From: a virus
Direction: 5' to 3' (one strand)
Length of the DNA stretch: 27,706 nucleotides
IMG/VR virus record: IMGVR_UViG_3300002062_000002
Shown: piece after piece, positions 18,696 through 26,440 of the stretch
Layout of the letters: each line of letters begins with the position of its first letter
How positions within the stretch are numbered: position 1 is the first letter of the stretch
Notes under the pieces: model-generated
Databases searched by the model: none
What the model was told of the DNA's origin: nothing
The model's input: the letters and a program-made list of their open reading frames with translations, nothing else
Position numbers and translations under genes: made by a program

Positions 18696-20450
18696 ATGGA
18701 AAATGACTTCATAGGTTACGAGTGTAAGTTTGCAAGCTATGCACCCTGTAAAGATAACGACGGCAATGATCTAGTATTGGTTAAACGCGTTACCCACTGC
18801 AAGGATGGCACCAAGATACCCGAAATAAAATTTATAGAGAACTACAAGCGACCATTTTGGGTGGTTAATGACGCGCACCGAACGTACAAAGAAGAGAAAA
18901 AGGCGTGGGAAGATATTTCTAAATGTCGTAAGTTTACTACAACCCAAGCCAATCTAAATAAGTCCATCCAGACCGCCTTAGGTAAACACTACAACCCAAA
19001 GCATAGACTCAGCATCACGCTACGCAGCCCATACGTGTACGGAGCAGACATATCCACCCCCGCTCTTATCAAAAAAGCGTTTATGGATAAGTACCCGGAA
19101 TGTGTCAGTGATGATAACATTGCGGTAATGGATATAGAAACCGACGTAGTTACGGGCAATGGGAAGAATTTAATTTCTGCATCGTTTACCTTTAACGATG
19201 AAGTGTATATTGGCTACACAAAAGAGTTTATGGATACCTATGGCGATCCTCGTGAAAAAATACAGGAGCTATATAGACAGTACATAAACGGGGATATGGT
19301 ACAAGAAAAGATAGCCCAGGAATCTGACCCTACCCGCAGAGAGTTCTTAACTAAAATAGCTAAGTTATTGGAACACAAAAAAAATATTGAAATACACAGT
19401 AAACTTTTCGACACCAGTGCAGGCGTGGTTAAGTTTGTTTTTGATGCCGCCCATAAAAGTATGCCGGATTTTGTAGCTTTTTGGAATATGAACTACGATA
19501 TTCCTATTATGGAAAAAGCCTTACATGAAGTCGGTATTTCTCCGGAGTCCGTATTTAACGATCCTAGTGTGCCATACAAGTACCGACGTTATAAACATGT
19601 CCCCGGGGAAGCCATAAAACGAACCGCTACCGGAAAATCCATGTCCAAGCATCCGGCGGAGTTGTGGCCTGTTGTACACAACATGGCTAGTTTTTACTTG
19701 ATCGATGCAATGTGTGTATTTAAACAAGTTCGCGTAACGGAAGGTAATCGAAATTCGTACTCCCTAGATAATATTCTTAAGGAAGAACTTGACCTAGGTA
19801 AGTTAAAGTTTTCTAAGGCGGATCACGAAACCGGGTTGGGGTGGCATGTACTCATGCAGTCTAAGTATAAGTTAGAATACTTAATTTACAACATCTTTGA
19901 TTGCATGAGCATTGAGATTCTAGATTCCAAAACTAAAGATCTAGCAATGACCATCCCTACACTTTGCCAGCACTCTGAATACAATAAATTTCCGAGTACC
20001 CCAAGACGTTTGTGTGACGACCTCCACTTCTTTTTAATGGAACACGGCAAGGTTATTGCAACCACATCCGATAACATGGTCGAGGAGTTAGATAAACATG
20101 TAACCTCTATGAATGGCTGGGTGGTAACGTTACCTAGTCACCTAGTACAGGATAATGGTTTAGCGGTATTGAAGGAAGCCCCCCACATTAAATCGTTAAT
20201 TAGAACGTATGTGTGTGACATTGATGTTGAGGCCGGGTACCCTAAAATAGGATACTTCTTTAACGTGGCCCAGGAAACCACCGAGAGAGAAATGGTATCA
20301 ATAGCAGGACTACCCGAATCATTGAGGCGACTAACGGGCATTAACCTTACAGCCCCCCTAACAAATGCCGCTGAGTGTTCACGTGACATATTTAAATTAC
20401 CTACCCCAATGGCACTGTTGGATCAATATAGAAAGGAGCATGCCGCGTAA
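18696..20450 (+). CDS. Split family B DNA polymerase, N-terminal 3'-5' exonuclease subunit (phiKZ gp82-like)
   Basis: ExoI DIETD, ExoII FWNMNYD, SYSLDNIL, ExoIII YNIFD, and polymerase motif A-like CDIDVEAGYP near the C-terminus. Motifs B and C are absent. Confidence 0.88.
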   Translation: MENDFIGYECKFASYAPCKDNDGNDLVLVKRVTHCKDGTKIPEIKFIENYKRPFWVVNDAHRTYKEEKKAWEDISKCRKFTTTQANLNKSIQTALGKHYNPKHRLSITLRSPYVYGADISTPALIKKAFMDKYPECVSDDNIAVMDIETDVVTGNGKNLISASFTFNDEVYIGYTKEFMDTYGDPREKIQELYRQYINGDMVQEKIAQESDPTRREFLTKIAKLLEHKKNIEIHSKLFDTSAGVVKFVFDAAHKSMPDFVAFWNMNYDIPIMEKALHEVGISPESVFNDPSVPYKYRRYKHVPGEAIKRTATGKSMSKHPAELWPVVHNMASFYLIDAMCVFKQVRVTEGNRNSYSLDNILKEELDLGKLKFSKADHETGLGWHVLMQSKYKLEYLIYNIFDCMSIEILDSKTKDLAMTIPTLCQHSEYNKFPSTPRRLCDDLHFFLMEHGKVIATTSDNMVEELDKHVTSMNGWVVTLPSHLVQDNGLAVLKEAPHIKSLIRTYVCDIDVEAGYPKIGYFFNVAQETTEREMVSIAGLPESLRRLTGINLTAPLTNAAECSRDIFKLPTPMALLDQYRKEHAA

Positions 20451-20790
20451 TACAATGGACATATACACGTTAAGCTTTCCTATCGCAGGGTTCCCCGTTG
20501 CGGGGAGCGTTAGCGATGCCTTTACCAATAGTCCGTTTATTGATACCGATCAACTTATTCGGCATATATCAACCACCGAACCCAAACTACAAAAGCAGAA
20601 TAGGTACGGTGACTTTGATAGTCAAAGTAGCCCGCAGTATAAATTAGGAGTTATATTGCGAGAGAACGAATCCCAGAACTTCTTAACTCAATGTAGGTCA
20701 ATGTTATACCCACATATCCATACTGGGCAAGTAGTGCAATCGATGGAATACGATGTCATCTTAGATGCATGGGTAATAAAAGTAACATAA
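20440..20790 (+). CDS. Hypothetical protein
   Basis: The likely start is ATG 20440 or 20455 after AAGGAG, rather than 20365. About 111-116 aa, coupled to the polymerase stop. Confidence 0.6.
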   Translation: MPRNTMDIYTLSFPIAGFPVAGSVSDAFTNSPFIDTDQLIRHISTTEPKLQKQNRYGDFDSQSSPQYKLGVILRENESQNFLTQCRSMLYPHIHTGQVVQSMEYDVILDAWVIKVT

Positions 20791-20815
20791 TCTTCGTAAA
20801 CACGGATAGTTTATC

Positions 20816-20992
20816 ATGAAAATAATAATGCAAGTCATCCGAATAATAACATTTAGCGTAGTAGTCGTATTTTTAACTATACTCCTATCTAAAAAATTAG
20901 TTATTATCCCCGATACCACGCGAGATGAATGGGAGGATGGAGAGGTGACTGACGTTATAGATGACGGTCATTTTCATCCATCGTCCGATTAA
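20816..20992 (+). CDS. Small single-pass membrane protein (58 aa, not in the ORF track)
   Basis: MKIIMQVIRIITFSVVVVFLTILLSKKLVIIPDTTRDEWEDGEVTDVIDDGHFHPSSD; it fills the gap before the terminator hairpin. Confidence 0.6.
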   Translation: MKIIMQVIRIITFSVVVVFLTILLSKKLVIIPDTTRDEWEDGEVTDVIDDGHFHPSSD

Positions 20993-21007
20993 TCAAAATA
21001 ATAAAGC

Positions 21008-21035
21008 GAGTCCCCGAGGGGACTCACCTATGCCG
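21008..21035. terminator. Hairpin at a convergent junction
   Basis: GAGTCCC-CGAG-GGGACTC. The plus-strand tail is ACCTATGCCG and the minus-strand tail is GCTTTATTATTTT. Confidence 0.8.
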
Positions 21036-21051
21036 TGTTGTAGTATTTACT

Positions 21052-21765
21052 CTACTTGTAAAACGCCAGTAGCTTTTGAACTATGTCTTCGGGGCATACG
21101 CCCGTAGAAGATAGACGCTTAATATCCAGTGTCTTCAATGCTGCCGCCCGATTGACTGGGTTAGCGGTTGCTGTAATTATAGTCAACAATAATTCAAAAC
21201 GTAAACGTGACTTGGGTGGTATGTTCATGCTGGCGATGCCGCGAAATACATACTTTTCAGAAAACGTTTCGCGATTCATGTTTACAATCTGCAGAATTCT
21301 ATCGTACGCTTCCGTAAACTGCTTACCCGTTAAACTACCAAATACTACAGATAGTGCAGTGTGCAGTTTTATTTGCTGTTGATTGATAATATCTTCTGTC
21401 ACCGGAGTCGTGGGTCGCATATACGCTATGTACTCGTTGAGTACTTCTTCGTGCGGGTACGGCACTGCGGTAAGTTTGGTGTTGGCCGGGACTTCATCAA
21501 AACCTACCGAGTCGGAACCGGTGGCGTCATCGGTATTTGGCTCAGGTTCGCCTTCCTCAGCGAGACTTTGGGTAACTTCTTCTGGTGGTTGTGTAGATTC
21601 AACTGGTTCTTGATCGCTTACTTCTTCTGCCGCTGGGGGCTCAGAGTCAGGAGTTACTTCAACGGGATCGGACTCTCCCGTGTTGTTTGATTTTTTAAGG
21701 TCGCCTTTATTTTCAGCAGGAGTGGGTTTATTTTTAGTACGTTCTTTTTTAGGCTTAGCTGGCAT
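21052..21765 (-). CDS. Conserved jumbo-phage protein (phiKZ gp81-like) with disordered N-terminus
   Basis: 237 aa: about 100 aa of basic then E/P/D-rich low-complexity sequence followed by a helical domain. AAGGA Shine-Dalgarno. Confidence 0.65.
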   Translation of the reverse strand: MPAKPKKERTKNKPTPAENKGDLKKSNNTGESDPVEVTPDSEPPAAEEVSDQEPVESTQPPEEVTQSLAEEGEPEPNTDDATGSDSVGFDEVPANTKLTAVPYPHEEVLNEYIAYMRPTTPVTEDIINQQQIKLHTALSVVFGSLTGKQFTEAYDRILQIVNMNRETFSEKYVFRGIASMNIPPKSRLRFELLLTIITATANPVNRAAALKTLDIKRLSSTGVCPEDIVQKLLAFYK

Positions 21766-21796
21766 AACGTGTTTCCTTTATATATAAGTGGGTAAT

Positions 21797-22264
21797 TTAC
21801 TTTAACGTATGTAATTCATCGATTGCAGTTTGCTTGTCGGCTTCTATTTCCATAGACACCTCAAACATATGATCACAAATATCTCTCGGTAGCTCTAAAA
21901 ACTCGGTAAGGCTAACGCCAAATACGGAAGCTATTTTTCGCCTACCAAATTTCCTAATTGTGTCATAAAGTAAGCTTCTAGAACACACCTCTTCTGCGGG
22001 ATGTAATTTGATATAGTCCAAACCGTGGCCGGAACTACCGTATTGGCATATATCAAAATCTTCATCGTACGCCTCGGTTAGTAGTTGCCTGATCGTAAGG
22101 TGATCTAATCCTTCACACTCATCGAATAGTTCATCTAAATTAGAGGGAGGGTTACCCCCCTCCTGCGCACGCCTAAGTTGTTTTTTACCAAACCTAGGAT
22201 GCATTACATGACCAGTTAGATCTATAGGCTCGTTTGAATGGCCAACTGGACCCGCTGACTGCAT
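21797..22264 (-). CDS. Tail/baseplate assembly chaperone second ORF (T4 gp51/GpT-like); possibly expressed by -1 frameshift
   Basis: 155 aa with an FGVSLTEFLELP motif. No Shine-Dalgarno, and it overlaps the upstream ORF by 43 nt in the -1 frame. Confidence 0.6.
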   Translation of the reverse strand: MQSAGPVGHSNEPIDLTGHVMHPRFGKKQLRRAQEGGNPPSNLDELFDECEGLDHLTIRQLLTEAYDEDFDICQYGSSGHGLDYIKLHPAEEVCSRSLLYDTIRKFGRRKIASVFGVSLTEFLELPRDICDHMFEVSMEIEADKQTAIDELHTLK

Positions 22265-23724
22265 AGGGTAAAAAACGTAGTAGTAAGATCTAATGGTACA
22301 TATGGGACAACGTCATTACTTCGCACAATAACGACATCCGTACCCGACCCTTCCTTTTCATCTCCCAATCGCATGTCACAACTAGGGCATTTATCATTAG
22401 GGTAACCCACAATAGAAACGGTGGTCTCCGATATAAACGCCCCCACGCCATTTAAGATGGCATCACGTACATGCTCTATCCCAGACAGGTCAACCATAAA
22501 ATCATCAATTACATCACGGTCCGTAATAACATCCAATGACTCAACGTCATCGTTATTTAGATCGCCAATGGTGACTTTACTTATCCAGTGGGAATACTGA
22601 CGTAGATTTGATAACCTTCCCTGATCTCGTATATACGCATTTCTCTCGTCTCCCTTGAGGGGAACCTTAAACGCGCGGTCGACCATGCTAACAATGCCAT
22701 CAACCCACTTAAACCCACTTTCTTCATATTCTAAAATAGAAGGTACGGTTAAATGAATATTGATATCACTGCCGTTATCATGCGTAGCTGTGATCACGTC
22801 ACCTTTAAAGCTAAACTCGTCACTGTACGCCTTTAATGTTTCTTCGGTACGGGCCACGTTACGTTTAGACATTTCTTTTAATTGTTTATCGCTCAAACGA
22901 GACATATCCGTAACGCGAATACGTGATAGGTTAATTTTACTAACCTCAATGTGACTACAATTACCAGGATCTGCCGCACAGGGCTCACGTAGTGTATACC
23001 CATCCGGATACATTGTGCAGAGTATACCCAATACGAGCGAAGGTATGTCGGTAGATTTAATTATCTGCTTTAGCTCGTTGGGGTCGTTCGTACCCAAGTT
23101 AGTTTCATAGATATGTCCCAGTACAAAGTTAATCAAATAGCTTTGTATGTAAATGGAACTGCTACTGAATATCATGCCATTGGTAAGGCGACCTAGGCTA
23201 ATCTTCTCTTGAGATACTCGACGCTGTAGCTCTAGTATGCTACCATTTGACGGCGCTTTAAGTGTTACCCAGCCACCGGTATGGAAAAGTGGAATGGTCA
23301 TAATTGTACCCAGACCTAGACGAGCACGCACTTTCATTAGGCCGCTTTCACCCGAGAGGTTACCTGCTTTATTGCCACCCTTTAGACGTGATGTGGTTAG
23401 GGGCTTATCATCGAACGTGGGACGGTTGGTCCATTGACCCCCAGTGTCTTTTATTGCATCGTCAAACACCCCACCGGAGAGTGTATGTCGCATGGCTTCT
23501 TGTACTGCCGCCCCCCAACTTTCAACTTCTTCTCCGCCAACACCTAGGTTAGGCAATTTATTTATAATGGCAGTAAAGTTATCGACATTGGCCTTTAACA
23601 GGTTCAGTGCATTTGTTGCATTAGCTTGACTCGCCGATTTAGAAACATCCGATTTAATAGGTAATTTAGGATCTTGAAAGTCTACCTCGGGGGCAGGTTC
23701 AATGGGACCGTTTTCATCAATCAT
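22222..23724 (-). CDS. Baseplate hub/tail assembly chaperone-like protein (phiKZ gp77-like)
   Basis: 500 aa with IPLFHTGGWVTLKAP, MYPDGY, Cys pairs (CAADPGNC, CPSC) and a near-terminal TTFF, reminiscent of T4 gp26-type proteins. Confidence 0.65.
   Translation of the reverse strand: MIDENGPIEPAPEVDFQDPKLPIKSDVSKSASQANATNALNLLKANVDNFTAIINKLPNLGVGGEEVESWGAAVQEAMRHTLSGGVFDDAIKDTGGQWTNRPTFDDKPLTTSRLKGGNKAGNLSGESGLMKVRARLGLGTIMTIPLFHTGGWVTLKAPSNGSILELQRRVSQEKISLGRLTNGMIFSSSSIYIQSYLINFVLGHIYETNLGTNDPNELKQIIKSTDIPSLVLGILCTMYPDGYTLREPCAADPGNCSHIEVSKINLSRIRVTDMSRLSDKQLKEMSKRNVARTEETLKAYSDEFSFKGDVITATHDNGSDINIHLTVPSILEYEESGFKWVDGIVSMVDRAFKVPLKGDERNAYIRDQGRLSNLRQYSHWISKVTIGDLNNDDVESLDVITDRDVIDDFMVDLSGIEHVRDAILNGVGAFISETTVSIVGYPNDKCPSCDMRLGDEKEGSGTDVVIVRSNDVVPYVPLDLTTTFFTLCSQRVQLAIQTSL
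22270..22276 (-). other. Candidate -1 ribosomal slippery site G-TTT-TTT
   Basis: In-frame ACG TTT TTT ACC; the -1 frame reads TAC CCT ATG directly into the 155-aa ORF. Confidence 0.55.
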
Positions 23725-24179
23725 ACCTTTACCTCTTTACATTCATCTAATACGCGACCGCATTCTTGGGTGATGCTGTCGACAATGCCCAATGTGGTAT
23801 CTGTGAACTTTTGCTGCCAACTCTCAAAGCCATTGGCTAAGTCAATGGAAGTAGTCATTACTTCCATCTCATTGGGTGAGTTTGACAATTCTTGTATCTT
23901 TGCATTGCATTCACTCGTTAGGGTTTCTAGTTCTACGTTCAGCGCCGATACATCCTTGCCAAGGACACTAGTTAACGTATTAATCTTAGCCACGTCTAGC
24001 TGATCGCCATATAGCGCATATGTATCTTTAACGAGTGCACGTACCTGTAGTGCACTTAACAGTAAACGCTTAGAGTCATCACGAATAGCACATAGCTCAG
24101 AAATAAAATCTTTCTTTTGATTATTAACTGGGGGTTTTGGACGATACTTCTTTTTAGGTGGACGATTGGCATTTGCCAT
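23721..24179 (-). CDS. Hypothetical coiled-coil protein with basic N-terminus
   Basis: 152 aa with AAGGAG Shine-Dalgarno and an ATGA 4-nt overlap with the next gene. Confidence 0.75.
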   Translation of the reverse strand: MANANRPPKKKYRPKPPVNNQKKDFISELCAIRDDSKRLLLSALQVRALVKDTYALYGDQLDVAKINTLTSVLGKDVSALNVELETLTSECNAKIQELSNSPNEMEVMTTSIDLANGFESWQQKFTDTTLGIVDSITQECGRVLDECKEVKV

Positions 24180-24206
24180 GGGGTTACTCCTTTAATATGT
24201 ATTGGT

Positions 24207-24216
24207 AGACATACAA
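24207..24216 (-). promoter_or_regulatory. Candidate late promoter TTGTATGTCT
   Basis: Identical to the 10-mer at 18479-18488. Confidence 0.55.
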
Positions 24217-24228
24217 GGTATGCTAGAC

Positions 24229-24260
24229 GTAAAAAAATACATTTTTTGATTATATTATAG
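24229..24260 (+). promoter_or_regulatory. Candidate middle-type promoter GTAAAAAAATA-N15-TTATAG
   Basis: Identical elements and spacing to 18629-18660. Confidence 0.55.
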
Positions 24261-24285
24261 GCAAACTAACAACGGGAATGTACTT

Positions 24286-25179
24286 ATGTTAATTAATTTA
24301 ATACAGCAAAATGCATGCATTGAAAAAAGTAAAGTGTTATTGGATTGTATCACACTGTTTACGCGAGCAAACTACCTATTTGCAGAAGAAGAATTAGAAG
24401 GTCACATTAATGCGGTGGGAGACACACTCGACCCACAGACACTATTAGGTGAGATGGAAGATAAAATGGAAGCTCACCTAACGTACATGTTAAATGAGTT
24501 TGGTATTTATCTAACGGAAGACGCCAATCAAATTGGCCTATATCGACTATCCACGTTGGTTACGGGTATAATGGATCTTGTTGACTATGAGAATATGGAT
24601 GACCTACTGGACACCATTGAATCCGAGGACGACGACACCGAACGGTTAGTGAATTGTTTAGATTTGGTTATACTTGAAATGGATACGGGTAATGTATTAG
24701 ATTATTATGAATTTATTGATGTGATCGAGGATAGCTTATGGACTAACCTAATGGCCTCCATGTCAGATAAGAAAGATGTCACGGATTATTTTGAAGTGGC
24801 CGATACCATTAATAATGCCAATTTACCTAGCGTGACGGCGGACGAGGACATACAGGTAATATCGGACGAGGATGAGGCACAGACATCAGTGAAGAATTGG
24901 GTGTTGTTGTCTGGTCGGGTAGGGTATTCTCTAGATGCCGCGTTTACCTACCTAGAGTCCTCTCTATTGAACGATCTATCTCCCGATGAACGATGGGGTG
25001 TAAATGAGATAAATCGTCTCACAATGGAGCTGATAACGTTAATGAAGTACTCCTCAACTCCAACTAAAACCGACCCTCATATATTTATGGGACTGGTAGA
25101 GAAATTAACATATAACCCATCCAATATAACGGACTTTTTTAATAAATCAAATACCCTTCTACTTGTAAACGGTGAATAA
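24286..25179 (+). CDS. Acidic conserved protein upstream of the vRNAP subunit (phiKZ gp79-like)
   Basis: 297 aa, very D/E-rich and helical; overlaps the RNAP gene by 8 nt. Confidence 0.65.
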   Translation: MLINLIQQNACIEKSKVLLDCITLFTRANYLFAEEELEGHINAVGDTLDPQTLLGEMEDKMEAHLTYMLNEFGIYLTEDANQIGLYRLSTLVTGIMDLVDYENMDDLLDTIESEDDDTERLVNCLDLVILEMDTGNVLDYYEFIDVIEDSLWTNLMASMSDKKDVTDYFEVADTINNANLPSVTADEDIQVISDEDEAQTSVKNWVLLSGRVGYSLDAAFTYLESSLLNDLSPDERWGVNEINRLTMELITLMKYSSTPTKTDPHIFMGLVEKLTYNPSNITDFFNKSNTLLLVNGE

Positions 25180-26440
25180 CGTGAACCCTTCTCAGATATT
25201 TTTGTTTTTAGTACGGAACAGGCTATATACCAAAAAGAAAATTCTACTTCAGTACTTTGCAGTTATGAGCCAAGAGACCCTCAATGCACCCGAGGAGAGG
25301 GGGGCAGGTGAACTATTTAACGTAGATGGGGAGTTGCATATTTTAGATATGGAACTCGCCCCTGTACGTGTTACGGGTCAGGTGGCAGACACCCAATTGT
25401 TATCGGAATCTAGTGAAATAACATTAACCCCAGGCGATCTACCCAATGTGACTACGACAGTTAAAACTACCATAGGTGTAGCATTGGCAAATGTATTATT
25501 TTTAACACACGCGTTTAATGACAAGATACCTTACCTCACAGGGGAACTTACGTATAAAAAGATTGAGGGTATAATAATAGATGGTATAAATAGTAAGTTA
25601 ATTACTGTACCAGAACTAAAGGTTTTCTTACGGGCGGCCTCATGGTCAACGGGAATAATGCCATTATTCGTAGCTTCTACCTCCCCACAATCGGTGGTGG
25701 GAAACCCTAAAACGCGGGGACTTAGGAATAAGTTTATTAAGGATAATAAAGATACAATTGATACCCCGTTAACGTTAGCTAAATTAGATACGTTAGTATC
25801 GGATCTAGAAAAAGAACACATTAAAGGGGACGTAACCGAAACATTCTACAAGTCCAATAAGTCGTATGATGTAACCAGAAAACGTATGTACGGTGTATTT
25901 GGTGGCGAGACTCGATTGGACGATCCCACTAAAATGGATTTGGTTACCAACTCATTAGAGGAGGGGTGGGATGTTGAGCAATTAACCCCTATGTTTAATG
26001 CACTGCGAATGGGATCATACTACCGTGGTGCAGAAACCGCATTGGGTGGCGCTGATTTTAAAGATTTAATTCGAATGTTTCAAAACTATAAAATTGTTAA
26101 TGGTGATTGTGGCGTCTCGTTTGGTAAGTCGGTATTGGTCACCGAAGAAAATATACCTCTGTTAGATGGGCGGTATGATTTAACGGCTACGGCGGTTAGC
26201 GGCAAAGACCTACAAAACCAAGTAGGGAAACGGGTTATGCTTAGATCCCCATTAACATGCCAACAAGCAGGACAAGCCTATTGCAGTACGTGTTGTGGGG
26301 ATAACCTATCTCGTAGCCCTACTACGTTGGGAATGCTTGCAGCTAACCTAGGCGCAGCGTTTTTAAGTTTGTTTTTGGCCGCAATGCACGGACGAAGTTT
26401 ACAGGTCGCCCCATTGGATTTAGATGCAACAATACGATAG
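25172..26440 (+). CDS. rpoC: Virion RNA polymerase beta-prime fragment (phiKZ gp80-like)
   Basis: Bridge helix RMGSYYRGAETALGG...IVNGDCG, Zn site RSPLTC...CSTCCG, and trigger helix/loop LGMLAANLGAAFLSLFLAAMHG. These align with RpoC RKGLADTALKT..DCG, RSVVSC..CAHCYG and IGVIAAQSIG..TMRTFH. GTG start. Confidence 0.9.
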   Translation: MNNVNPSQIFLFLVRNRLYTKKKILLQYFAVMSQETLNAPEERGAGELFNVDGELHILDMELAPVRVTGQVADTQLLSESSEITLTPGDLPNVTTTVKTTIGVALANVLFLTHAFNDKIPYLTGELTYKKIEGIIIDGINSKLITVPELKVFLRAASWSTGIMPLFVASTSPQSVVGNPKTRGLRNKFIKDNKDTIDTPLTLAKLDTLVSDLEKEHIKGDVTETFYKSNKSYDVTRKRMYGVFGGETRLDDPTKMDLVTNSLEEGWDVEQLTPMFNALRMGSYYRGAETALGGADFKDLIRMFQNYKIVNGDCGVSFGKSVLVTEENIPLLDGRYDLTATAVSGKDLQNQVGKRVMLRSPLTCQQAGQAYCSTCCGDNLSRSPTTLGMLAANLGAAFLSLFLAAMHGRSLQVAPLDLDATIR

